A DNA stretch of 40,635 bases, taken from assembly GCA_964541285.1 (NCBI GenBank), contig CAZIQJ010000001.1, forward strand, positions 2,888 to 43,522, in the 5' to 3' direction. Under the pieces are notes generated by a model. That model worked only from the letters and a program-made list of their open reading frames with translations. It was not told where the DNA came from and made no database searches. This document shows, in pieces, positions 11,501 to 23,500 of the stretch. The position numbers were made by a program, and so were the translations under genes. This DNA is from an uncultured bacterium (GTDB lineage: Bacteria; Omnitrophota; Omnitrophia; Omnitrophales; Aquincolibacteriaceae). How positions within the stretch are numbered: position 1 is the first letter of the stretch; each line of letters starts with the position of its first letter.

Positions 11501-14500
11501 TTTGAGTGATCAGGCCGGACAACTGGTCCGTTCAACAGGTATTTCCGAGGACAAAATAACAGCGGCCACGCTGTATGCCTGGGGTGAAGAATCGGATGAC
11601 GCGGAGCTTCGGGAGCAGTTCGGAGAAGATTTTATTTATGGCGGTTTCATTAATAATCCAGGGCAAAGCCCCTTCTGGCATACGCGCCGGCGCGCCGCCG
11701 CAGCAGGGTCAGAAGCCCAGCAAGCTCTTGAAGTCCGTTTTCAAAAAGATCTTCCCGCGGCTTTTGACCAGCTTGTTGCTCAAAGGCTGAAGCGTTCGGA
11801 AGTCCGGGAAAAGAGAAGCTCTGAAGAACAGCATGTCATTCTGCAGATCATTAACCTGATCGAAGCCCTGGACGCCAGAGGCATCCGGGCAAAGGTCCAT
11901 GGCCGCGACCTTCTGGAATTCGGAAGCCGCGGAGAAGCGCTTGTGGATTATGTCCAGCGCTACAGCGTGCTGAAAAATATTGATGATATCCGCCGGGTTC
12001 TTTCCTGGCGTCTGGACATTGAATCCAGGTCCGGCCTGCCCCTGAATGGAATGGATTCCGGCAAGACCGCGGAAAAAACACGGCTTTTGTTTGACGCCAT
12101 TTTTGACCAGCCGCAGTTCTTGAAACGCTGGAATGACCGTGACGCCAAAGGCGCCCAGCCCCTGAACATTGTTTTCTTCAAACGCGGCCAGAGCGGATCG
12201 GAGATGACCCATCTTTTAAAGTCCCTGCCTTATGTCAATGTGCAGATTGTTCTGAGCGCCACCGACGACGGGCTTGGCTGGTTTGAAGCTTCCCGTGATT
12301 TTCAGGCCACCGGAATCCCCGGAGCGGGCAAGGTGCTTCTGGACCTGGCGCAGGACAGTGTCGCCAAGGACTTTTTGACTTACAGGATCAAGGGGGATGG
12401 AAAATCCAAGGATGAACTTCTGAAAGATTTTACGGCCCTGGCTGAGAAGCTTCAGTCTCCCCAGCTGAGAGTGAATTTGTCCGACGAAATGTCGGTTGTT
12501 TTTCAGAAAGCCATGCGGCTTGAAGTGGACAAGAGAAGGAAATTCGCGCTTTATCTGGACCGCTTCCTTAAAGAGATCCGGAAAAAGAAAGCAGAGAAAG
12601 CGGATTACACTTTTATTCTCAAAGACATTCCCTTGCGCAGTCTGGCGCTTCTGGGCGCGGCTTTTGTTTACAGGGACGGCGGATCTGAAAACGAATGGCA
12701 GAGCTCTGTGGATGAAATCGGCAGTCTGCTCGGCGTCAAGAAGGGGAACCGGGTTATTCTGCCCACGCGTGAGCGCCAGCACCTTGTGGCGGTGCGTGAA
12801 GACGGAACGATTTATTTTTCTGAAACAGGGATCAATCAGCATGAAACGGATTCTCCGTTTCTGGGTCTTTGGCTGGTCAACGCCACGGTAGACGAAGCTT
12901 TTATTGAGAAGTTCAAGGCCGCTCTGGCGGAAAAATCGGTCGCGCTTGAGAATCTTCCCGAAGGCGCGGTTTCATCCAAACTGGCGAGGTCCAACCGCGC
13001 CGAAGTTTACGCCACGACCCGGAAAGTCAGCGCTGAAGACGCGGTAAAAGCCGCGGCTGTGCTGGCGAAAATATCCAGCACCTCTCCGGACGCTGAAAAA
13101 GCCATTACCGTGACTTCGGAAGCCGCACAGGCCCTGGCCCAGGCGGACGTTACCTTTTATACAACGGCGTTTCTGGAAACCAATGTCGGAGCCAGCTTGA
13201 TTGTTCCGGGCATGAAGGAAGCGGTTGCCGGAAACAAAAAAGCCGCGAAAATTGTTCTGGTTGAAACGCCTGCAAGCTCTGCGGTGAACCATTCCATGGA
13301 CGCGCTCGAACGGGTCCACCGCTATCTGGGCGGTATGCGGACCGGCAAGGGGGATTTGTCCGGAATCGACAGCGAAGTGGATTTTGTTCTTGCCGGCCTC
13401 ACGGGCCGTCAGACCGCGTCCACGGATTTTTTCAGCGAAGTTGAGCGCCCGGTCAACGGGGCGGTTTCTGTCGCTTCCATTAATGCGGGCGCCAGCGATG
13501 CTTTTGGTTTCTACGGTTCTCCGAGCGTTGTTGAGGCCATGGTCGCCCTGACAGGCATCAAGCGGGCCGGTTTCAGGATTTCCGATACGCAGGGCCTGAT
13601 GCCGGATGCCAAGGCGCTTGATCTGGTTTCGCGGCCCACCAACCAGGCCGGACTTTTCCGTAAAAATGAAAGCGTTCAGGCCCTGATCCGCGACATCAAA
13701 CTCAATTTCGCGCGCATTGTCAGGAGCGGGGCTTTCGCTTTTGACGTGGATATGACGCTTCTCCCCAAAAACGCGGACGCGCTGACCGACTATCCCGAGC
13801 TGGCCTATCTTCTGATGCGTCTGATGCGTGAAGGCGTGAAGGTCAGCATTATTTCCGGCAATTCCTTTGAAGAGCAGGGCGCCAGAATTCTGGATGCGAT
13901 CAAAAAACAGATGAAAGACGATCTTTCCGCGCTTCAGAACCTGGTGTTCTTCGTCAATGGAGGCGCCACGCGCTTTAATGTCGGCGTGAACGGTGAAATT
14001 ATTTCTGACCGTGCCTATAACCTCGCGCACCAGCTCGACCGTTCCAAGCTCGGGCCGGCCCTGCAGACTGTTTTGCGCGGCATGGGAAGCCGGAATTTCG
14101 GTTTGAATGAAGGCGAGCTTGCGAAATTTATCGAAGAAGTGAAAGCCAAGAACCCCAAGCTGAACCTTCAGTTCCCCTGGAAAGACGGCGGGAACTGGGA
14201 GCCTGAATGGCTGACGCCCGCCCAGCTGAAAAATAAAAAGGAAACCGGGGAGCCGGTCAGTTTTCCCTGGCTTGAAATGCGCGGGGATTTTACCGGCGCG
14301 ACCGAAGACCTCTGGATTCCCGCGAGCGTGACGGTCAAGCCCATGCAGGTTTTTGAATTTGAAGGCAGGAATTATGACCTGCGCAATGAGTTCCAGGCGC
14401 TGCTGCGCGCGGAGCTGGGCGCTGACGCCGCGCTTTTTGTCATCCGCTCCGGAGGCACTTCCTCAACGGACATCACCAGCAGCGGCGCCAATAAAAACGC

Positions 14501-17500
14501 GGCGCTTGAAAACCTTATTCTTACCGAGCAGCTCGACCCGGAATGGGTTTTTTATTTCGGCGATGAGTTTTACAGAAGGATGGTTTCGGCCGCGGGCGGG
14601 CAGGTGATCCAGCTTGGAAATGACGAAGCCATCGCGCTTGACCAGAAACTTGCCGGTGTCAGGACCCTGGCCGTGAATTCTTCTGATATGAAAGGCGCGC
14701 AGGCCAAGACCCTCTGGATCGGCCGCACGCCCCAGGCCGCTCTGGAATTTCTGGAAGCGGTCCTGATTACCCGCGCGGAAACCGAAAGCCGCTACGCGCG
14801 CTCTGAAATGCGCACGGACGCCCGGCTCGGCGAACTTGGGGCCATTTCAAAACGCCTTTACAGAAACCGGATTGTCGAAGCGGACTTCAGCCGGGTTGAT
14901 CAGATTATTCGGGAGATTTTCGGCAGAACTAAAACCACGCCGGGGGGGCTTGCGGTTTTGGAAACGGCCGGCAATGCCGCTTTTCATAAAATCTATATGG
15001 ATGCGGCCCGTGAAATCCGGGAAAAAGCTTCTTCGAGTGATGAGGCCGCCGCGGACCTTCAGGTTTACTTCGCGGCTCTGGAGATTATCCAGGACTACTT
15101 TAACAGTCAGGCCCACAGGCCGGAAAAACCGCGTGACCGCAAGGTGAACTACCGCAAAACCCTGGCTGTTCTGCAGGTCATGGCCCAGGCCATGCCTGAA
15201 GACCTGAAAACCAGGGTTCAAATCGCGACAGCCTATTTCCATCTGGATGAACTCAGGAAAGCGGAGGTTCTTCTGCTCCCCATCATGAATCTGGAGGGCG
15301 ATATCGTGGTCCGCCGCAGCGCCCGCGTGACCATGGGGTATCTGAAGCAGAAAGCCGCGTGGCGCCGTTATCAGGGGATTCTCAAGCAGACAAAACCATC
15401 AAGGCGTGAACTTGAAGGTGTCATTGCCTTGAGTGAAGAAGCCGCGTCTTATTTCCGGCTTGTCATCGCGGAGTATCAGCGCAACCAGACGTATAAAGCG
15501 CAGGCGGCCAGGGCCTATTCCGGTTTTTCTTCGGCTGAAAGATTCCTTCAGCAGGCTTACCTGAAAATGGGGCAGATTGAAACTTCGGCTTCTGCGCGCG
15601 CAAGATTTTATCTCGAGTCTTTTGAGCATGGCGCAAACGCTCTTGAAGCCGCTGCGCGCGCTCTTGCGGCAGGCGCGGGTAAGCAGGATTCTGAAAGGCA
15701 CTCATTGCAATTTTATCAGGCTGCGCTTCAGAACATCGCAGGTGAAGCCGGGGCAGGAACAAGCGCTGCCGGGGAAATCGTTCGCTTAGGCGCCGGAGAC
15801 TGGGGAGAGGCCGAAAGAACCCGTCTTAAAGCAGCAATCGACTTGATTACGGGTCTTTTGCAGGGCCGTCTTCCAAACGGTCTTGTGTATTCCCAACCCG
15901 CGCAAGGGGACCGCGAAGCGCTGATCCTGGATCTTGCGGCCCGGATGCGCGAGGATCTTGAAGCTGCGGAGCTGATTCGCGGGCCTGTCGTGAAAACCGC
16001 AGGGGAATTGGCCGGAACTTCCTACACAGACCTTGCCGCGCTGAAAAACGACGTTCTTGAAATGACGGAACTGGACAGGGCCGCCATTGCTGTGAAATTG
16101 AAACATGCTTCTGAGGCGGATGAACGCATCGCCCGCTACAGCGGCGCGGCTTTTGATGGCCTTGGACTTGACCGCAAGGACCTTTTTATCCTGCGCTATG
16201 CTTTTGAAAATTTTTCAGGCGGCCAGCTGCCTTCTTCGCCTTCTGTTTCAGACCTTGCCGATATCGCGGGCTACGCGGAAATCGGATACGGTGAAAGCAT
16301 TTCCGCGGAAGAAATTCTGGAAAGACTGCAAGCCGGCCGTTACGGTTTCGCCGGATGGAAATGGAAACAGCCGGAAACCGAATACTCTTCAGCCGCGGCC
16401 GTGGAAGACGCGAGGGAAAAACGCCGGGAGCTTGTGGTTTTTGATAATGACCACATTAATGCATATGCTGTTTCAGATGCCCGCGCGCTCAGGTCAATGC
16501 GGGATTTATCGCTCCGCACGCGTGTCTGGATGCGGCCCGAGAGGTCTGCTGTGATTGATGCTCTGGCCGGACAAATTGATAAAGACATTCAGGAGTTCAG
16601 CAGGATCCAGTCCCTGATTGAAACAGACCGCGCGGCCCGCCGGCAAAGAGTCTCCGAAGGCAGGCTTGATCCTTCAAGGGTCCGGAACCTGCTTCAGGAC
16701 CTCACAGAGCTGCGTTCCGGCACCGCCAGCCGGGAAGGCTATGCTTCCAGGCTTAAACGGCTTGAAACATTAATCGCCAACGACAGTGCTTTTATCGAAA
16801 CTTATATTTCAAAAGGCTTTCGTCAAAGCAGGCCTGAAGGTTTCAGGCTCAGCCAGCTTGAAGATGAAGCGGTGGAGCGCGGAAAACAGCGTGTTGAAGG
16901 ACGTCTGGCGGCTTTGGGTTATGCCGGACTTGAACTGCCGTTTGATTTTCAGGGCGCTGGAGCAGGCTACGGCATGGTGCGTCTTGAAAGCTACATTCAG
17001 CTGCTGAGAGAGATGAATAAAAAGTATCCCTTTTCATGGCTGAGCGCGGACATCGCGATGCTTGGCCAGCTTGCAAGCGAGCTTTCCGGCATTCTGGATC
17101 CTGAAAATCCCGAAGCCTATTCTTTCGAAGCTTATTTCCGGATTATGGAATCCGCGACCGAAATCCTGCTCCGGAACGCTCTTTTTGTGGAGCGCAACCG
17201 TCCGCAGCTTGAGGATATTTACGGCAGTCTGGAAAAGGTCCGGGTTTTGGTCATCCGTCTTGAAGACGCGGCCGTAAAAATGCGCGATGATGATTGGACA
17301 GCCCAGGCGGTTCAGGCCCGCCGGCGTTATGAGGCCTTTTCTTCCCAGATTGCAAATATTCCGCGCCGTTACAATCACTGGGACAAAATTTCCCGCCGCC
17401 AGCAGGTTCTCAAGAAGATCCATGGCCTTGAAACAGAGGTTTCTGAATCTGTCATAAGATATGAAGACCGCCGCCGCGCGCGTATGGCGGAGCTGACCTC

Positions 17501-20500
17501 GAAGGCCGAAGGTCTGGTGGCCCAGACCCTTGCGGCCGTGGAAGAAAAACTGCGCCGGCGTAATGAATCACTGCCCATGGGGCTGGACAAGAAGCAGGTC
17601 CGTGACTTTCGCGCTGAAGCCGGAAAGGTCAGCGCCGGAAAATTCGTGGCGGCTTACTATAACGACCATGAGGATGTCCGGAAGATCGTGACTGCCATTG
17701 AAGGGGATCTCCAGAGGGTCGGAGAGTCACTTGCCGCAAATGTGGATTCCTTGAAACCCGCGGGTACGGATTTCCAGCGCGCGGTCCGCCAGATTTCCGC
17801 TGATGTTGAAGCCGGCAGGTGGAAAGAGCTGCATGATGCGGCTCAGGCCATTGTCCGCAACAGCTATGATCAAGAAAATATTTTCATAAACGTCATCAGA
17901 GGGGGAAACATTGACAGCCATTCTGAAGAATTTCAGATGCTTGACAGGTCGCTGACCCGGACCCTTCAAGTCCTTGAGGGGGAAGCGTCAGGCCTGGACG
18001 CGGATTCTGTACGGGCCCTGAAAGAATTCTCCGGCAGCATGCTTGCCTATCTGACGATTGTGTCGTGGCCTTCCAAGAAGTTCAAGGTTTCAGAGGAGAC
18101 TATCCGCTTTTTTCTCGGCAGCCGGAATGTCTGGGAATCTGTTCTCTGGTATGGGTTGATGGAGATGATGGATGAGACGGCCGGACTCATGAAAACCACG
18201 GCCCGGAGAGAAGCTTTTACCGACAATCTGGATGCTGTCTGGATTTTTGCGCTTCTTATGTTCGCCGGTGACGGCGCGGACGATTTTGCCGGAAACGAGA
18301 CGCTGGAATACACCGTGTCCATGGAGCAGATGCTTGAAATTACCATGAATTCAATTGAGACGGACAGAAACCCTGTGGAGGACGCATGGAGGCTGCTCAG
18401 GTCTTTTGATATCACACCGGAAAACCTTCTTCAGATCAAGATCGATTTCCTTCTTGGCCGGGTCCAGGCGCGCCATAATCTTGCCGGACTCCGGAACTGG
18501 ATTTATGACAGTGTGGAGGCAAAAGCCAGGAGCAAGGCAATCGCCGTGGTGCCGCAGCGCTTTAACCCGCTTTCTGTCAGCGCGCACAGCAGCTTTGTTG
18601 AAAGCAACAAGGTCGATGAGAAATACCCTCTCTGGCTTCCTCCGGTAACCGAAAGGCGGGAATTGCTGGAGGACCTTGTTCTGATTTTGAGCGGCCAGGA
18701 TAAAGACAGCGCGGCCAATGTCCGCCTGCAGGGATTTGCAAGGGCGAGGCCGCATGATCTCAAGCGGGTCCTGGCGGAAATCCGCGAGCCGGATTTCACG
18801 GATGAGCGTTTCCGTTCAAAGCGCGATGCCGCCATCGAGTATCTTGAGAAACTGCTGAAGCGTTCCGAAATGCGGGCCGTGGAAGTGAAAGAACGCAGGG
18901 CCTTCAGTGATTACACCCATCCGCTTCTTGCGGCGTCTTATTCCGCGGACGGCCGTTATATCGTGACCGGAGATTCGGGCGGCGCGTTTCAGGTCAGGGA
19001 CAGCTCTTCCGGAATCGTGCTCGCGAAATATACCGTGCATCCCGGCGGCAAAGTCCAGACAGTCGCTTTTTCTCCCAAGGGAACGAAGCTTTTGGGCGCG
19101 GACGGCAAGGGAAATCTTTTTCTCTGGGACACGGCATCGGGCAGCACGCCCATAAGTTTTGCCTCAACCCGGAGCCTTTCAAATTCTCTGGCGTTTGCTC
19201 CGAACGGTGAATACGTTTATTCAGGCCTGAATAATGGAGTGGTCATGGCCTATGATTTCCGCGGCACCAGCCACAACTACAATCTTCTTCCTCCCAAAAC
19301 AGAGCCGCTGAACGTGGTGACGGTTTCTTCCGATTCGACCATGGTCGCGGCGGGCGGGCAGCAGGGGACCTTGAGTGTCTGGGTGGACAAACCCGGCAAT
19401 CATGACCGTATCGCCTATATTGAGCAGGCGGACAAGGAAATTGGCGCCATCGCATTTTCTCCGGACGGTAAAACTCTGGTTTGGGGCGGGAAAAACAGTT
19501 CGCTTTCTTTCGGGGACCTGACGGCGCAGAATTTCAAGGCCAGCATCACCAAAACTCTGGTGCCCAACCCGTCCAGAGCTTCACGGATCAATGCCCTGGT
19601 TTTTTCCAACGATGGCGAATATTTTATATCCGGCCATGAAAACGGCGACATCCGTTTATGGAATTCAAAAACCCGGGCTGTTGTTTACACGCTCAACTCT
19701 GCTCACGCGGGCCCGGTCAGAGCGCTTTCCTTTTCTCCCGCCGGGGATTACTTCGCCTCCGCAGGAGCGGACAAGAAACTCGCTATCTGGGAAATCCCTT
19801 TTGACGCGGATAAAGCCGCGAGTCAGTACCTTTCCGGAGTTCAGGGGTCCGGAGGGTTTGCCAGAAAATACGAGCCTTACCGGCTGAAACCCGAAGTTCC
19901 TGCCTTTATTTCCATGATGCCGTCCGCCCAGGACGGAAGCGTGGAATTAAGAGTCCACGATTTGACCACGAAAACCATTCTTGCTTCAAAGCCGTTTTCC
20001 GTGTTTCAGGACACGGGTTCTGTTTCTATCAAGGAGTGGAGAACCGCGGGCAGGCTTGCGGAAGCCGAAGCCGGGCGAGGTGAAGCCGGCGTGAGAATCA
20101 GGGAATTCCCCCTGGATTCCGGGCAGTACGTGAAATATCCCGATCCGCATTACTCGAGCAGCGGAAAATGGACCGTGGAGCTGGAGAAGCAGCCTGAGAG
20201 CGTCATCAAGGGCAGAGAAGAAACTTTGACGGAGCGGCTGATTTTTAAAACAAACGGCACGGAAGGTTTCTTGAATTTTCCCAGGCAGATGACAGGCCGG
20301 GGAAATGAAACCTGGGTCCATGTAACATCCGCTGGAAAGATTTATATCCTTCAGTCATCCTTTTATACGAAGGCTGCGAGCCTGTGGCAATTTGATCTGC
20401 CCGCGCATCTTTCCGGGCCTAAAAAAGGCACAGGGTTATTCAGGTCCGTGGACCTCGGGGCCAATGGAGAAAAATCTCTTTCCGGCCTTACGGAGCACAA

Positions 20501-23500
20501 CGGCGTTCTTTACTCTTTTGACCGCAAGGCCGAAGAGCTGATCCCGGTTACTGCGGCTGCGCGTTCTGAGATGAGAAGCTCTGCGCCGCTTTCAGCGCGT
20601 TTGAATGAGGGCGACATCGCATCCATTGAAGAAGCGCTGAAGACCCTGCCGCTGGCGCGTGATTTCCGTGTGGAGTTCGCGGGCCGTGTTCCGCAGGGAA
20701 CGCAGGTTTTCCGCGCGGCCGCGGATGTTATTTTGCCGCTTCTTGAAAAGCTCGATCCTTCGCTTGCCAGAAAATCCCGCACCACGCTTGATGGAAGCGG
20801 AGACGCCAAAAGAGGGAACTGGTCCTTTTATTACGCAGACGGCACTTTGTTTGTGGTCAATGCCATGACGGAATACGGCGTGCCGCATCCTGAGCGGCCC
20901 TGGCAGGAACCTTCCACAAAAGAAACCGGCCACCGTCTTTTTGTCCGTACCGTCAACGACGGCAGGGACATGCAAAACCTCCTGGCTGAGGGAAAGACCC
21001 CGGAACAGTTCGCGGCTTCCCTGAACAGCATTTCGCGTACTTTCCTCGGGATCAAAGAGGGGAAAGAAAGCCCTCTTTCCATTGATCTGGCGGAAGGCAA
21101 ACTTCGTTTCACGCTGAAACTTGAACGCGCTTCGGAAACTCCGCGGACGATGGTCATAGACTCTATTGATCCTGAAAACCCGGCCGCGTTTTCAGGTATT
21201 TACCTGGTTTATCTTTTGCTTGCCAGTCTGGAACGCCGTCCGCTTGCTGCCGCGGAAAATATCGCGGGCCTTCCTTTCCGCCTTTCTCTTAAAGCCCGCA
21301 TCAGCTTGCTGGCTCTTACCATAATTGCCGCGGCGCTGGTGGGTCTGGGTTCATACTTACTTTTCTTTCATAAAGCTGAAAAGCCGGCAGAGGGGTCTGG
21401 AGCCCGGCAGATTGAAATCAAGATCAAGGCTGAAAAAGGAGAGTTTGAAGCTTTTAAGGAATTCAAACCTGAAGACCTCAGTTTCCTGGACCCGAAGGGC
21501 ATCGTGATTACGCCCGGTCCCCACGAAGTCATCCGCGGAGAAAACCCGGACAAGAATTTCAAGATTGTTCTGCGGCCCGGCCTGCCTACGGCGGATATCA
21601 TGATCCATCCTTCCCGCCGCGAAGGTTTTGATTTTGACGGCCAGTTTAACATCGCGCTCGGGCTGGAAGCCGCGGGCGGTCCGGCAGAACGTGCGGGCAG
21701 AGCCATGGTGTTTCTGCAGACTGAAAACGAAAACGGTGAGAAAACCGAAACCCTTTACCCCCTGATGCTTTCCCAGACTCCGCAGCGCTTCCGGCTGGAT
21801 TACGGCCGCGGTGAAAAGAAGTCGCCGCGCGTGACCTTGATTCGCATCCAGCTTGCTCCTGACGCTGATCCGCAAGGCTCCGTCATTGGCATCCAGCTGC
21901 AGGGCGGTATGGAATTCGGCGTCATGGCCCGCTCTGAAATGCGCGCGCCTGAATGGCGGGTCGCAAGGATTTCCGCGGCGAAAACAGCCGAAACGCTGAT
22001 CCGGTTTTTGGACCGTGAGGAATTCAGAAACCTGGGTATTTATGCGGCTTCAGGCGAAGGCTGGGTCCCGTCGGCTGGCGGAGACGTGAAGGGCCTGACG
22101 ATCAGTTTTCCTCAAAACCTTCGCGCGGACAGAATTCCGCGTTCCTACGGTCTTTGGTACACGGCCGGAGAAACCGGCAGGCGCTGGACTGTTTATTCCC
22201 AGGACGCCCGGCCCGAAGCGCAGTCCATGCCCCCGGATGCGATCATGGGCGAAGAAGATCTTGCAACGGTGCAGCCTGAAAGCACAGGGTATGAATTCGC
22301 GAACGGTTATATAAACATTTTGTCGGACGACAGGACAAATATCTTCGGCTCATCTTACTCCTCGGATCATTTGTGGGGATCGCTGATCACGATCAGTTTT
22401 GACACCCGGAGAAATCAGCTGGTTGGAATTGTTGAGGACGGGCTCTTTGATTTTATTATGGAACAGCTGCGCGGTTTGCCGGCTGTGGCGGCGCGGGTTC
22501 AGGCTGATCAATTTCTTCTCAAGGAGTCGGAAGCTGTCCGTCTCAAGCGCGAAGATGAAAACAACTTGCCCGGTGTTCAGGTTGTTCCCGGAGACACACC
22601 GGTTGTTGAATTCAGCCGCCAGGGAAGCGTTTTAAATGTCGCGATAGGTGATGAGCGTTTCAACGGAGAGAAAGTGGACGACCTGGAGACCTGGCTCATA
22701 AGGGGAATTCCCGGCTACACGATGGATGTTATTGCCACGCGCTCCCAGAACGCTCTTTCGATCGGCATTCCCGGCGCAGCAAAAAGAGCTCTTCTTTCAA
22801 TGGACGGCGAACCTGTGGACATCGCGGAAACCCTTCGCCAGGCGCTTGTCCCGAACACGGAGAAGCGTTCCGAAATGCGTACGCGCATCACGGCGGAGGA
22901 TTTTAACGCGGCCAGCCTTAAACCTCTTCTGGGCAAAAAAGTTCTGGTCCGTTACATGGATCATGAGGGCGAGCACTCGGAAACCGGAATTCTTGCAGGT
23001 GTCGGCAGGGAGGAAGGCCTTGTGGTCATCCGCCTGAGGGGTGAAGACGGAGAAACCCGCCTGCCGGTCCGGCTTGCGCCGCCTTATCAGGGAAAAAACC
23101 GTTTTATTTCTATTGAAGAAGCGCTGGATGTGCCGGCTCCGGTCACGGCAACTGCGAGGTCGCGGCGCGCGGAACCCGTACCTTTTTACAAACGCCCGCT
23201 GGTGCTGGGAGGTTTGATCGGTGGATTGCTCTTGATCGTGGTTCTGGCAGTTGCGCTGCTGATTCCTTCCGGGCAGAAAACCGCGCCGCCGAAAGAAGAG
23301 CCTGTTATTGAAAGGCCTGTTGAAACCAGGCCCGTGGACAAGGGAGAAGTCAAAGACGGCCGTGCGCCGCCCAGGGACGGAGAAAAAGTCCAGCCTAAAG
23401 ACAAGGAACAGACCAAGGATAAAGATAAGGAAAAACCCAAGGACAAAGACAAGGAAGAAGTCAAACAGCCTGAGCCCAAGGGCGCTACGGCCAACCTTCT

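Larger units (their letters stand above)
11793..14798 (+). other. Module 6 (aa 3687-4688): helical head, CofD/YvcK (UPF0052)-like domain, HAD-IIB phosphatase-like domain
   Basis: See sub-features 12162-13335 and 13728-14640. Confidence 0.55.

Noticed and set aside
18969-18983. GDSGG, the serine-protease active-site-like pentapeptide
   Set aside because: It lies within a WD40 blade (DGRYIVTGDSGGAFQVRD), where the x-G-D/S-x-D-G pattern is normal. No trypsin-fold His or Asp context is present.
22962-22976. HEGEH (an HExxH zinc-protease-like motif) at the start of module 11
   Set aside because: It sits in a short beta-strand-looking segment (VLVRYMDHEGEHSETGILAGV) rather than in a helix. There is no downstream third ligand or Met-turn context. 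A chance HExxH is expected in a protein of this length.
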